A DNA stretch of 64,000 nt from Desulfobacterales bacterium. GTDB lineage: Bacteria; Desulfobacterota; Desulfobacteria; Desulfobacterales; G963662235. The stretch lies in assembly GCA_963662235.1 (NCBI GenBank), contig OY759308.1, forward strand, positions 1,004,861 to 1,068,860, read 5' to 3'. The translations under genes and the position numbers were made by a program. Positions 1 through 9,788 of the stretch are shown one piece after another. The notes under the pieces are model-generated. The model had not been told where the DNA came from. It saw only the letters and a program-made list of their open reading frames with translations, and ran no database searches. Each line of letters starts with the position of its first letter. Within the stretch, counting starts at the first letter, position 1.

Positions 1-1
1 T

Positions 2-1072
2 GCAGGAATTATGATATCGGCATCACACAATCCTTATTGTGATAACGGTATCAAAATATTTAACGAAAAAGGGTTTAAGCTCAAAGATGAAGAAGAAAAA
101 GAGTTAGAAAATGCGATATTATCTTCTTATGTCTCAAAAGAAGAAAAGACCGGGAAAATATATCCTATTTACGATAGCGAAGAGCCGTACCTTAATTTTT
201 TAAAAACTTCTCTATCTCTGCCTTTTGATGCTTTTAGTAATTTAAAAATTGTTATAGATTGTGCAAATGGAAGTAATAGTGAAATTGCACCAAAACTTTT
301 TAACAGTCTAAAAGCTAACTTCATAACTATTAATAATTTGCCAGATGGTATTAATATAAATGAGGAGTGTGGTTCTGAACATACAGAAAAGTTAAAAAAG
401 AGAGTTTTGAGGGAAAAAGCGGATATAGGCTTTGCGTTTGATGGAGATGGAGACAGGATAGTCGTTATAGACGATAATGGCGAACAAATTAATGGGGACA
501 GCCTTATTGGAATATTTGCAAAGTTTGCAAAAAAAGAAGCGAAACTTAAAAATAATACGGTTGTTACAACTGTTATGAGTAATTTAGGATTAAAAAAAAG
601 TCTGCAAGATATGCAAATAAACTATCAAACATCTGATGTAGGGGATAGGAATGTAGTAAAAGAGATGCTCAAAACAGGGTCTAATATAGGAGGAGAAAAT
701 TCAGGGCATATAGTTTTTTTTGATAAACACACTACAGGAGACGGTCTATATGCTGCACTCAAGTTGCTTGAAATTATGGCAAAATACAAAAAGAAAGTAT
801 CTGAACTTTCAAAGATTGTAACAATATTGCCACAAACCTTATTAAATGTTGAGGTAGATAAAAAAGAGGATTTTACAAAAATTATTGAAATAAAAGAGAC
901 TATTGAAAGTGTAGAGAAAAAAATAGGCAAGTATGGTAGAGTTTTAGTTAGAAACTCAGGGACTCAAAATATCTGTAGAGTTATGGTGGAAGCTGAAACA
1001 AAAGAAGAGACAGAAAAATATTGTGACGAAATAGGCAAAATTATTAAGAAATACAGCGAGCTTTGCACATAA
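2..1072 (+). CDS. glmM: Phosphoglucosamine mutase (5' truncated by window edge)
   Basis: SASHNP active-site motif, FDGDGDR metal loop, VGDR and GGENSGH motifs; the last four codons (ELCT) and stop lie inside the MITE TIR. Confidence 0.95.
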   Translation, partial: AGIMISASHNPYCDNGIKIFNEKGFKLKDEEEKELENAILSSYVSKEEKTGKIYPIYDSEEPYLNFLKTSLSLPFDAFSNLKIVIDCANGSNSEIAPKLFNSLKANFITINNLPDGININEECGSEHTEKLKKRVLREKADIGFAFDGDGDRIVVIDDNGEQINGDSLIGIFAKFAKKEAKLKNNTVVTTVMSNLGLKKSLQDMQINYQTSDVGDRNVVKEMLKTGSNIGGENSGHIVFFDKHTTGDGLYAALKLLEIMAKYKKKVSELSKIVTILPQTLLNVEVDKKEDFTKIIEIKETIESVEKKIGKYGRVLVRNSGTQNICRVMVEAETKEETEKYCDEIGKIIKKYSELCT

Positions 1073-1242
1073 TATCCTTTTATGAAAAAATCGTAGTGTT
1101 TAATAAAATATCAACTTTTGATAATTTCATAAAAGTTTTAAAAAAACTGACGCTCTCTTTTATAATATTTTTGGGTTCGACGTATTAATATACTACTTCA
1201 CCACAAAAATATTACAAAATTTAAGCTATGCACAAAGCTCTC
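1056..1242. mobile_element. MITE, full-length copy, orientation A
   Basis: Ends GCGAGCTTTGCACATA / TATGCACAAAGCTCTC; 6-bp direct repeat AATACA at 1050-1055 and 1243-1248; internal hairpin shared with other copies. Confidence 0.9.
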
Positions 1243-1276
1243 AATACAGTTTGTAAAAAAATTAAAAACTAGAGGC

Positions 1277-1305
1277 TTGACACTCTAAAAATAAATATAT
1301 ATTGA
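1277..1305 (+). promoter_or_regulatory. Possible sigma70 promoter upstream of ferredoxin
   Basis: Perfect TTGACA at 1277-1282; the -10 candidate (TATATT or TATTGA) is imperfect in sequence or spacing. Confidence 0.3.
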
Positions 1306-1552
1306 GCAAAAAGATTGTTATTTTTAATAAATAATCAAGGCTTTCTAAGTATCTTTCTTATTTTTTAAAATAACTAATTTATTGTTTAATTGCCTTTGTA
1401 TAAAAAGAGTTGTTTTACGTTATTTGAAAAAAATTTAACTTTGTAAATTTTTTAGGTAATGTAGATATTTTATGTAAACAAAGGAATTTACTTATTTTAT
1501 TTTTAAGTAAAAATTTTTCAAACCAATTTACTAATTTAAAGGAGTACAACTT

Positions 1553-1741
1553 ATGTCTTTTAGTGTCACTGTAGATGCGGACAAATGTGAAGGATGTGAA
1601 GAATGTGTAGATATTTGTCCAGCAGATGTCTTTGAAATGGAAGATGATAAATCAACACCTGTAAACGAAGAAGAATGTATGGGTTGCGAAAGCTGTGTGG
1701 AAGTTTGTGAACCTGGCGCAATCGTAGTAGAAGAAGTTTAA
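1553..1741 (+). CDS. 2x[4Fe-4S] ferredoxin
   Basis: Two CxxCxxCxxxCP motifs in a 62-aa acidic protein; strong RBS AAGGAG. Confidence 0.95.
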   Translation: MSFSVTVDADKCEGCEECVDICPADVFEMEDDKSTPVNEEECMGCESCVEVCEPGAIVVEEV

Positions 1742-1746
1742 TTTTT

Positions 1747-1795
1747 AAAAAAAATCCCTTAAGAATTTTTAATTTATTCTTAAGGGATTTTTTTT
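1747..1795. terminator. Rho-independent terminator, potentially bidirectional
   Basis: A8-TCCCTTAAGAAT / ATTCTTAAGGGA-T8 perfect stem immediately after the ferredoxin stop. Confidence 0.85.
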
Positions 1796-1797
1796 AT

Positions 1798-1916
1798 TGA
1801 GCTGTTGCACGTAGCTTAAATTTAGCGTTTGTTTAATGTGGTTTCATAAATTTTTTTATTGAGCTTACCTTAAAAATACTATTTTTTTAATAAAACACAT
1901 TATGTGCAAAGCTCTT
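1798..1916. mobile_element. MITE, internally deleted and degenerate copy, orientation B
   Basis: Ends TGAGCTGTTGCACGTAGC / TATGTGCAAAGCTCTT; subterminal sequences match other copies. Confidence 0.7.
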
Positions 1917-1924
1917 TTCTATAA

Positions 1925-2257
1925 ATGAAACAATACATAATAGACGAGATAAGAGATAAAGATTATAACAAAATTAAATCTTTTTGTGATAATAATTTAG
2001 AGCCTTCAAAGATTGAGGGAATATATCATATCGTATTATCTTCTCCTCTTTTAAACAAAACCCAAAAAAGCCATAAAGAGTGTCAGCCATTCTATTTTGC
2101 TATCCATCTTTTGCGAGATAAGTTGATTATAGAACTTCTTATCAGGACAAAAAAAAAATTAAAGTGCGATTGTATAGGGTATGCCAATAAAACACAGAGA
2201 AACTGGATTATTGACTATTTTGATGGTGTACTAAAACAACTTGGGATAGTAATTTGA
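1925..2257 (+). CDS. Hypothetical protein with Cys motifs (ECQP, CDC)
   Basis: 110-aa ORF with natural composition, co-oriented with neighbours. Confidence 0.75.
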   Translation: MKQYIIDEIRDKDYNKIKSFCDNNLEPSKIEGIYHIVLSSPLLNKTQKSHKECQPFYFAIHLLRDKLIIELLIRTKKKLKCDCIGYANKTQRNWIIDYFDGVLKQLGIVI

Positions 2258-2279
2258 GCTTTTTACCATATAATTTTTT

Positions 2280-3512
2280 ATGATTTACGACTTTTCACTA
2301 CTTTTTATTTTATTATTTTTTTCAGCTTTTTTTTCATCATCAGAAACAGCTTTTTTTTCATTAAGCAAAGTTAAGATAGACTCTCTTAATGGGAAAGAGA
2401 CTTTGTTAAATAGACTTATCAAAAAGATGAAAGATGATTCTAATAAGCTATTAATCACTATTTTAATTGGTAATAATATTGCTAATATTGGTGCAGCAGC
2501 TCTTGCTACATCCATTGCTTTTAAAATATTTGAAAACAATATTGTCAGCATAGCAACGGGTGTTATGACTATTATAACACTTATATTTGGTGAAATTTTT
2601 CCAAAAGTTTTTGCTTCTAAAAATAATATGTTAGTTGCAAAAATTACAATAGTCCCCATCTATTGGTTTTCTATACTATTTTTCCCGCTCATATTCATTT
2701 TAAAACATCTATCAAAATACCTAAAAGCTATAAATCAGGCTCCTTCTTTTACAGAAAAAGAGCTTATTAGTATGATAGACCTTGGGGAGAAGGAAGGCGA
2801 AATAAAGCGAGAAGAAAAGAATATCATTAACAATATCTTAGAATTTGATGATACAAACGCTTACAGTATAATGACTCCAAGAACAGATATGTACGTTATA
2901 GATATTAAGAAAGGGTTAAATTTAAATGCAATTTCTCGAACAGGTTATAGTAGATTTCCTATAATCAATGAGAGTATAGATAACGTCATAGGTATTGTAC
3001 ATATTAAAGATATTTTTAAAGAGATGCTAACTATAGAAGATAAAAAAAATATCGATTTGAAAAATATAATGCGTGCTCCAATATTTATACCTGAAAGTAA
3101 AAAGTTAGATTCTTTGTTAACTCACTTTAGAAAAAGTGAAAACCATATGGTACTTCTTGTTGATGAGCATGGAGGAATTTCAGGCTTAGTAACTCTTGAA
3201 GATTTACTTGAAGAGTTAGTAGGGGAAATATCTGACGAAACAGATAAGACAGAGCCTTATATAGTTAAGGTTAATGATAATGAGTGGATAGTTCCAGGCA
3301 AAACAGAAATTGATGAGGTAAATGAAAAAACGGGACTAAAAATAAAGCCAGCTTCTGAATATGATACTTTTTCTGGATATATACTAAATAAAACGGGTAG
3401 AATACCTGCTTTAAATGAAAAGATTAAAATAAAAGATAACTTTATTGTAACTATTAGAAAGAGAAAAAAAAATCGGCTTGATACTATTTTATTAACCAAA
3501 ACAGGTGATTGA
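2280..3512 (+). CDS. CNNM/HlyC/CorC family transporter (DUF21 + CBS + CorC domains)
   Basis: FFSSSETA, GNNIANI, FGEIFPK, IMTPRTDM, SRFPI and VDEHGG..TLEDLLEELVGEI motifs. Confidence 0.92.
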   Translation: MIYDFSLLFILLFFSAFFSSSETAFFSLSKVKIDSLNGKETLLNRLIKKMKDDSNKLLITILIGNNIANIGAAALATSIAFKIFENNIVSIATGVMTIITLIFGEIFPKVFASKNNMLVAKITIVPIYWFSILFFPLIFILKHLSKYLKAINQAPSFTEKELISMIDLGEKEGEIKREEKNIINNILEFDDTNAYSIMTPRTDMYVIDIKKGLNLNAISRTGYSRFPIINESIDNVIGIVHIKDIFKEMLTIEDKKNIDLKNIMRAPIFIPESKKLDSLLTHFRKSENHMVLLVDEHGGISGLVTLEDLLEELVGEISDETDKTEPYIVKVNDNEWIVPGKTEIDEVNEKTGLKIKPASEYDTFSGYILNKTGRIPALNEKIKIKDNFIVTIRKRKKNRLDTILLTKTGD

Positions 3513-3533
3513 TAGAAGTTTTTTTTTAAAACT

Positions 3534-3728
3534 TTATTCTTTTTTACCTCTTTTCCTACCAATAAGAAAATAGATCAAAGCTCCTATAAAAGGGATTGAT
3601 GCAATAGCAAACCAAATTCCTTTTTCAATCGTGCTTTTAAAATCTTTGAGAATAATATCAATTAATGCCCATATCGTTATCACAAAAAAAGGGAAAGCGA
3701 CTGCTAACAATATCAATAGATTTAACAT
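3534..3728 (-). CDS. Small membrane protein, PLDc N-terminal-like
   Basis: WALIDI...K.IW.....PFIGALIYFLIGR pattern. Confidence 0.75.
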   Translation of the reverse strand: MLNLLILLAVAFPFFVITIWALIDIILKDFKSTIEKGIWFAIASIPFIGALIYFLIGRKRGKKE

Positions 3729-3808
3729 TTTAAATACCTACCTACAATAAAGGGAATTTATATTTTTTTTACCTCTATTTTTTCTTGGAAGAGGGAGTAG
3801 ACAAAAAA

Positions 3809-3825
3809 ATATGTGTAAAGGTCTA
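3809..3825. repeat. Solitary degenerate MITE terminal repeat overlapping the stop codon of the transglycosylase gene
   Basis: ATATGTGTAAAGGTCTA versus consensus TATGTGCAAAGGTCTC. Confidence 0.5.
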
Positions 3826-4683
3826 AAAAAATTTCAGTAAATTTGAGATACTAATAACAGCATTTGCATAATATATACTGTGGTTATATGTCCTAATAAT
3901 CTTAACAGTTTTACTTACTGTCATATCTTTTTTGAAACCATGATATTTAAGATAGTTGGCGATACTATAAATAGCATCAGCTTCTTCAAAAAGATTAACT
4001 TTTGAATTGTTATTCCCATCGACACCAAGTTTTAAGACATTACTTGGCATAAATTGAGCTATACCGATAGCTCCTGCATAAGAGCTTTTTATTTCGTTAG
4101 GATTTAACTTCTCTTTTTGTATATATTGTAAAAAAGCTTTTAGTTCTTTATATGCCCACGCAGATTTTTTATCTGCTATAGCATTAAATCTTTTTTTAGA
4201 TATTTTGTTATTTTTACTAATCTCTTGCCATATCAATAATCTATTTTTTTTGTCTGAAGGCATAAGAGTAGCCATAGTAGAAAGAATATTGATAGCCAAA
4301 TCTCTTCCTAAAAAAGCTCCTAATCTGGTTTCAACGAGCATTATAGCTGCTATAATAGTTTTATCTACTCCATACTGTTTTTCTGCCTCATCAAAGCTTT
4401 TTTGATGTTTTTTCATATATGCAAGAGTCTTTAGAGCAAACTCTTTAGAGCTGAACCTACAATAATTTAATTTACTTTCATCGTGCGAAAAATAGCTTGA
4501 AATTCTATTAGATAAAAAAACTGTGTCGTTATTATTAAAAACACTACTTATGAACTCTTTTTTGAAACCGTCTTCTATTAGTCTCTTTTCAAGATTACTA
4601 AAACGCATATCGCCTGCAAGTATAAGGTTTGGAAATATTAAAACACAAATAGCGATGAACAGTAAATTCCTAACAAAACTCAT
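3823..4683 (-). CDS. Lytic murein transglycosylase, MltB/SLT_2 family
   Basis: Signal peptide, VETRLG catalytic motif, SSYAGAIGIAQFMPS, DGNNN, SIANYL, YNHS. Confidence 0.92.
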   Translation of the reverse strand: MSFVRNLLFIAICVLIFPNLILAGDMRFSNLEKRLIEDGFKKEFISSVFNNNDTVFLSNRISSYFSHDESKLNYCRFSSKEFALKTLAYMKKHQKSFDEAEKQYGVDKTIIAAIMLVETRLGAFLGRDLAINILSTMATLMPSDKKNRLLIWQEISKNNKISKKRFNAIADKKSAWAYKELKAFLQYIQKEKLNPNEIKSSYAGAIGIAQFMPSNVLKLGVDGNNNSKVNLFEEADAIYSIANYLKYHGFKKDMTVSKTVKIIRTYNHSIYYANAVISISNLLKFF

Positions 4684-5455
4684 TTTTTATTTTTTCTCTT
4701 TTTTTAAAAGTCGTAATAGATTTAAAACCTATTTTTTTTAAGTTTTTTAAAGCTATATCAAAAAACCTTCCTACCTGTTTTGGGCTGTGAGCATCAGAGC
4801 CAACAACAATATCTATCCCTTTTTCTTTAGCTTTTTTTAATAGATAATCGGATGGATAACCTTCATAAAAAGGTTTAGCATAACCACTTGTATTATATTC
4901 CAAACAAAGATTTTTATTTTTTATTTTATCTAAGATTTTCTCAAACTCTTTTTTTACGCTATCTATCTTGCTTACATTCTTTTTAATAATGTCAAGATGG
5001 CATACAAAATCGAAATAGTCTTCATTTAACATATTGTTTAATTCATCCATATAAAGCTTTAAAACCTCCATATGGTCAATGTTTGGGTTATCTTTTTTAA
5101 AAGAACTTATAACGATATTGATATCGCCTGCAAAATGAACGGAAGAGCCTACTGCATCAAAGGGATATTTATTTACTACACTTTTTATAATCTCTATTTT
5201 TTTAGGGTTATAGTCAATCTCAACACCAGTTTTAATTGTTATTTCTTTTTGGAATTTTTTTTTAAGAGAGGCTACTTCGCTTATATAATCAGGCAATTCA
5301 TTTAATCCCATTGAAAGATTGATGCCTTTACGTAAAGTAATATGGTCTAAGAAACATATCTCTTTTAGACCTTTTTTAATAGCCTCTATAACATACTCTT
5401 CCATCTCTCCTGTCGCATGATTACAACGCTTTGTATGTATGTGATAATCTATCAT
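4670..5455 (-). CDS. PHP-family histidinol-phosphatase (HisJ/HisK-like)
   Basis: DYHIHT, GSVH-like, HLD, NTSG and GSDAH motifs; start reassigned to ATG at 5455. Confidence 0.88.
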   Translation of the reverse strand: MIDYHIHTKRCNHATGEMEEYVIEAIKKGLKEICFLDHITLRKGINLSMGLNELPDYISEVASLKKKFQKEITIKTGVEIDYNPKKIEIIKSVVNKYPFDAVGSSVHFAGDINIVISSFKKDNPNIDHMEVLKLYMDELNNMLNEDYFDFVCHLDIIKKNVSKIDSVKKEFEKILDKIKNKNLCLEYNTSGYAKPFYEGYPSDYLLKKAKEKGIDIVVGSDAHSPKQVGRFFDIALKNLKKIGFKSITTFKKREKIKNEFC

Positions 5456-5469
5456 AAAAGTACTATTTC

Positions 5470-5666
5470 GAGACCTTTGCACATAATGTTTTTTATGAAA
5501 AAAATAGTGGTTTTTTTGTAAATTATCAACTTTTGGCAATTTTACAAAAACAGCTAAAACCCTTATGAAGACTTACGCTCTCTTTCACTTTTGTTTTGGG
5601 TTCGACGTATAAAAATACTACTTCACCACAAAACAAAAGCAAAATAGAGCTATGTGCAAAGGTCTC
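5470..5666. mobile_element. MITE, full-length 197-bp copy, orientation A
   Basis: Perfect 16-bp TIR GAGACCTTTGCACATA / TATGTGCAAAGGTCTC; 6-bp TSD TATTTC at 5464-5469 and 5667-5672. Confidence 0.95.
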
Positions 5667-7924
5667 TATTTCCTGTAAAGACACTCTTTATTTGGACACT
5701 TTATAAAAGTTCCATCTTTTTTAGTTGTTTTTTCAACAAGATATTTTGAGCCACAATCGGGGCACTTTTCGTTTATTGGTTTATCCCAACTTGCAAACTT
5801 GCACTTTGGATAGTTACTACAACCATAAAATACTCTACCCCTTTTGCTCTTCCTCATTACTACATAACCTTTACAAGAAGTTTCAGGGCACTTAATATTC
5901 GTTTTTTCTTTTGTATTATTGTCAGCACTTACTCCAATATTACTCGTGTTTTTACAATCAGGATAACCGCTACAAGCCAAAAATTTTCCAAACCTACCGT
6001 GTTTAATCACCATCGGTTTTTTACATTTTTCGCATAACAAATCTACTTTTTCATTTAAGTCGGACTTTACAAGTGTGATTTTACCTTTTTCATCTCTTTC
6101 GTAATTACTTGTATAGTTGCATTCAGGATATTTACTACAAGCAATAAAAAAACCATTTTTACCAATCTTAATTTTAAGAGGAGCAGAACACTTGGGGCAT
6201 TTTAAATCGATATCAAGACCGACACCTTTCATACTCAGCATTCCATTTTGTGCATTTTCCAAATCCCCTTTAAATTTTTTATAAAACTCTTCTAAAACAG
6301 TTACATAATTTAAACCTTCCGTTTCTACCTTGTCTAATGAATCTTCCATCTTAGCAGTAAAATTGATATTAAAAATAGTATCAAAGCTTTCGGTTAAAAG
6401 TTTATTTACAACCATTCCAAGTTCCGATGGTTTAAAATAGCCCTTTATTCTTTCCACATACTCTTTATTTGTTATGGTAGACAAAATAGTGGCATAAGTA
6501 CTTGGTCTTCCCACTTCGTTTTCTTCTAACTCTTTTACAAGAGTAGCTTCTGAAAATCTTGGAGGCGGTTTTGTAAAATGTTGTTTAGGTACGATTTTTT
6601 CTTTGTTTATATCTTCGCCTTTTTTAAAATTAGGGAGCATAACTTCATTTTCATTGCTCGTTAAACTTCTATAAACTTTCAAAAAACCATCAAATTTAAC
6701 GTTAGAGCCTGTAAGTGTAAAAGCGTAGTCTCCATTTTTTATAGTGATACTATTTTGATTAATTAAAGCATCAACCATTTGAGAAGCAACAAATCTACTC
6801 CATATGAGAGAATAAAGCTTAAATTGATCATTTGTAAGAAATTTTTTCATTTTTTCAGGAGTTCTATAAACAGAAGTAGGGCGGATAGCTTCGTGGGCAT
6901 CTTGAATTTTGCCTTTACTTTTAAAAACTCTTTTTTTTAAAGGCAGATAATCTTTTCCGTAACTATCTTGTATAAAATTATAAGCCTCTTCAGAAGCTAC
7001 TTCAGACACTCTTTTAGAGTCTGTACGCATATATGTAATAAGCCCTTCATACTCTTGTTTATCGAGTTTTACTCCTTCATAGAGGGTTTGAGCTACCATC
7101 ATTGTTTTTTTTGCAGTAAACTTAAATTCTCTAATTGCATCTTGTTGCATAGTACTTGTGATAAAAGGAGGGTAGGGGGTTCTTTTTAATGTTTTTTTAT
7201 TAATTGCATCTACAACATAAGTACCTTTATCAAGCTCTTTGATAATAGCTTTAGACTCTTTTTCATTTTGTATCTCTATTTTTTTATCATTTTTCTTTGT
7301 AAGTTTTGCAATCAACTCTTCTTCGTTTTTTTTAAAAAGCAAAGAGATGCTCCAATACTCTTTAGGGTCAAACTTTTCTATCTCTTTTTCTCTTTCGCAT
7401 ATTATACGAAGAGCAACTGACTGTACTCTACCTGCACTAAGACCGCCTTTGACTTTTCTCCAAAGTAGAGGTGAAACTTTATATCCTACAAGCCTATCAA
7501 GTATTCTTCTTGCTTGTTGTGCATTATATTTATTTACATCTATAGTAAGAGGATTGTTAATAGCTTCTAAGATTTTTAATTTTGTTAACTCATAAAAAAG
7601 TATTCTATAAAAGTTTTTACCCTTTTTTTTCATTACTTCGGCTGTATGAAAAGCTATAGCTTCTCCTTCTCTATCGGGGTCAGTTGCAAGGTATATATTA
7701 TCTATATCTTTTGCTGCATCTTTTAATTGTTTTATAACTTTTTCTTTGCCTTGAATAGTTACATACGTAGTCTTAAATTTTTCTTCTGGTTCAATCCCAA
7801 GTTCTTTTTTAGGTAAATCTTTTATATGACCTATTGTGGACATAACTTTAAAATCTTTACCAAGATACTTTTCTATTGTTCTGGTTTTTGCAGGTGATTC
7901 TACAATTATAAGATTTTTTGCCAT
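5666..7924 (-). CDS. topA: DNA topoisomerase I
   Basis: VESPAK, DPDREGE, SAGRVQS, ITYMRTDS, AHEAIRP motifs and C-terminal zinc ribbons. Confidence 0.98.
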   Translation of the reverse strand: MAKNLIIVESPAKTRTIEKYLGKDFKVMSTIGHIKDLPKKELGIEPEEKFKTTYVTIQGKEKVIKQLKDAAKDIDNIYLATDPDREGEAIAFHTAEVMKKKGKNFYRILFYELTKLKILEAINNPLTIDVNKYNAQQARRILDRLVGYKVSPLLWRKVKGGLSAGRVQSVALRIICEREKEIEKFDPKEYWSISLLFKKNEEELIAKLTKKNDKKIEIQNEKESKAIIKELDKGTYVVDAINKKTLKRTPYPPFITSTMQQDAIREFKFTAKKTMMVAQTLYEGVKLDKQEYEGLITYMRTDSKRVSEVASEEAYNFIQDSYGKDYLPLKKRVFKSKGKIQDAHEAIRPTSVYRTPEKMKKFLTNDQFKLYSLIWSRFVASQMVDALINQNSITIKNGDYAFTLTGSNVKFDGFLKVYRSLTSNENEVMLPNFKKGEDINKEKIVPKQHFTKPPPRFSEATLVKELEENEVGRPSTYATILSTITNKEYVERIKGYFKPSELGMVVNKLLTESFDTIFNINFTAKMEDSLDKVETEGLNYVTVLEEFYKKFKGDLENAQNGMLSMKGVGLDIDLKCPKCSAPLKIKIGKNGFFIACSKYPECNYTSNYERDEKGKITLVKSDLNEKVDLLCEKCKKPMVIKHGRFGKFLACSGYPDCKNTSNIGVSADNNTKEKTNIKCPETSCKGYVVMRKSKRGRVFYGCSNYPKCKFASWDKPINEKCPDCGSKYLVEKTTKKDGTFIKCPNKECLYRK

Positions 7925-7964
7925 AATGCTCCTTACTTAAATTTAAGTCTAATCAAAGTTTTAG

Positions 7965-9074
7965 TTAAATTTTTGCAAACATTTTACCACTACTTTGTGA
8001 AACCAAACCTTTAAGTTCTAATTTAGTTAAAATTCCAGAAAGAGTAGCAATGTTTATATTTAATTTTTCACTGATTTTATCTATATGTTCATCGTAATAA
8101 CTCAAACTATTAAAAACTTTAAGCTCATCTTTTTCTAATTTTTCTGCAATACCTAATAAGGATTTTTTTTCATCATCTTCATTTTTTTGTTCAACATCTT
8201 GTTCTCTTAACAAAAATCTAACTTCATCAATAATGTCGTTAGCGTTTTCAACAAGTTTTGCTCCTTGTTTTAAAAGATGATGAGTTCCAGCACTTTTAAA
8301 AGAGTTTATATTACCTGGAACTGCGAAAACTTCTCTTCCTTGTTCTAATGCTAATCTTGCAGTTATTAAAGAGCCACTTTTTTTACTCGCCTCTACAACC
8401 AAAGTTCCAAGAGAGATACCCGATATAATTCTATTTCTCATAGGAAAATTTTCAGGTTTAGGCTCTTTAAAAGGCGAAAATTCAGAGATAACTGCACCGT
8501 TTTCTTGTATCTCGTAAAAAAGCTTTTTATTTTCAAGAGGATATATTTTTTCAAATCCACTTCCTAAAACAGCAATTGTCTTGCCACCTGAAGAGATAGC
8601 TCCGATATGAGCTGCAGTATCAATTCCTCTTGCCATACCGCTTACTACCTGAATATCTAAATTAGCAATATCCCCACTAATTCTTTTCGCCACTATTAAA
8701 CCATAATTTGTGGCAACTCTAGAGCCTACAATTGCAATATTGTCTGCCTTATTATTTAGTTTACCTAAAACGTAAAGAAAAGGAGGTGGGTCAGAAATTT
8801 TTAGAAGAAGATGTGGATACTCTTTATCCGACATTGTTATTATTTGATAATTTTTGTCTAATGCGGTCTCGTAATCTTTTTTTACACTGTCAGGAGTTTT
8901 ATGTTTTAAAATGTTTTTTGCTTTCTCTTCGCTAATCCCCTGTACTTTTATTAAATTTTTATAATCTGCTTCAAAAACAGCTTTAGGTGTTTTAAAAACA
9001 GCTATAAGATTTTTTATTGAATAATTTCCTATACCAGCAACACTTTTAAGTTTAAGCCATATCAATTTGTCCAT
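7965..9074 (-). CDS. dprA: DNA-processing protein DprA
   Basis: IVGSR, VSGMARGIDT, FPMRNRIISG, SGSLITA motifs; typical dprA-topA synteny. Confidence 0.96.
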   Translation of the reverse strand: MDKLIWLKLKSVAGIGNYSIKNLIAVFKTPKAVFEADYKNLIKVQGISEEKAKNILKHKTPDSVKKDYETALDKNYQIITMSDKEYPHLLLKISDPPPFLYVLGKLNNKADNIAIVGSRVATNYGLIVAKRISGDIANLDIQVVSGMARGIDTAAHIGAISSGGKTIAVLGSGFEKIYPLENKKLFYEIQENGAVISEFSPFKEPKPENFPMRNRIISGISLGTLVVEASKKSGSLITARLALEQGREVFAVPGNINSFKSAGTHHLLKQGAKLVENANDIIDEVRFLLREQDVEQKNEDDEKKSLLGIAEKLEKDELKVFNSLSYYDEHIDKISEKLNINIATLSGILTKLELKGLVSQSSGKMFAKI

Positions 9075-9102
9075 AAATAGAAATCCCGAAAATTTTTAAT
9101 GG

Positions 9103-9126
9103 AATAGAGCTATGTACAAAGGTCTC
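9103..9126. repeat. Solitary MITE end
   Basis: AATAGAGCTATGTACAAAGGTCTC matches 5643-5666 at 23 of 24 positions. Confidence 0.8.
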
Positions 9127-9164
9127 ATAAAAATATTTGATAAATTGCTATGTATAAAAAAAAA

Positions 9165-9788
9165 TTAAAATTTTACATTAATACCAATAGATAACGTATG
9201 AATCTCTTCTGTAAATTCAATTTCGTATTCTTTATTATAAACTGCCATATTTGCCCATTTAATATAGTGACCTTTATAAGCAAGGTCGAGTTCTACATAG
9301 TCATTGATTAGAAAATAAAAACCTAAACCTAAATTTAAAGCGACACCTTCCAAATCTTCTTTGTTATCTTTGAATTTATCAGCACTATTTGAATATGTGT
9401 AATAACCAGCACCAGCCATTACGAAAGGTTTAATTCTTTTATAATTTTTATCTTTTAAATGTATAACGTATATATAATTTAGGTTTATTCCTGTAATCTC
9501 TTCTTCTGTGTCTGTTCCTGTATTAAAAACAGATGCATCATCATATTTAAGTTTATATCTTGATTGTGAGCACTCAATTCTATGTCTTGGATTTAAAAGA
9601 ACACCTAATCTAATATTAGTGCCAAGTAAATCAGATTCTTTTTCGTACTTTTCGTCATCTAAGCTAACTCTATCTTTATTGATACCTATATGACCTGCAC
9701 CACCCAAATAGACATAATTTTTAGCATAAGCAGGGCTCAACATAAAAAAAGATAAAAGAGTAGTTAAAAAAAAACTTTTATATGTCAT
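9165..9788 (-). CDS. Outer-membrane beta-barrel protein (8-stranded OmpA/porin-like)
   Basis: Signal peptide, amphipathic strands, PFVMAGAG, C-terminal Phe. Confidence 0.8.
   Translation of the reverse strand: MTYKSFFLTTLLSFFMLSPAYAKNYVYLGGAGHIGINKDRVSLDDEKYEKESDLLGTNIRLGVLLNPRHRIECSQSRYKLKYDDASVFNTGTDTEEEITGINLNYIYVIHLKDKNYKRIKPFVMAGAGYYTYSNSADKFKDNKEDLEGVALNLGLGFYFLINDYVELDLAYKGHYIKWANMAVYNKEYEIEFTEEIHTLSIGINVKF

Noticed and set aside
1172-1203. GGGTTCGA...CACCA in the MITE core looks like a tRNA T-arm and CCA end
   Set aside because: The T-stem cannot pair, the spacing to CCA is wrong, there is no D or anticodon arm, and TTCGA is not conserved (TTTGA and CTTGA in other copies)
5456-5539. 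28-aa N-terminal extension of the PHP phosphatase in the ORF track
   Set aside because: It lies mostly within MITE DNA; the family motif starts at MIDYHIHT (5455)
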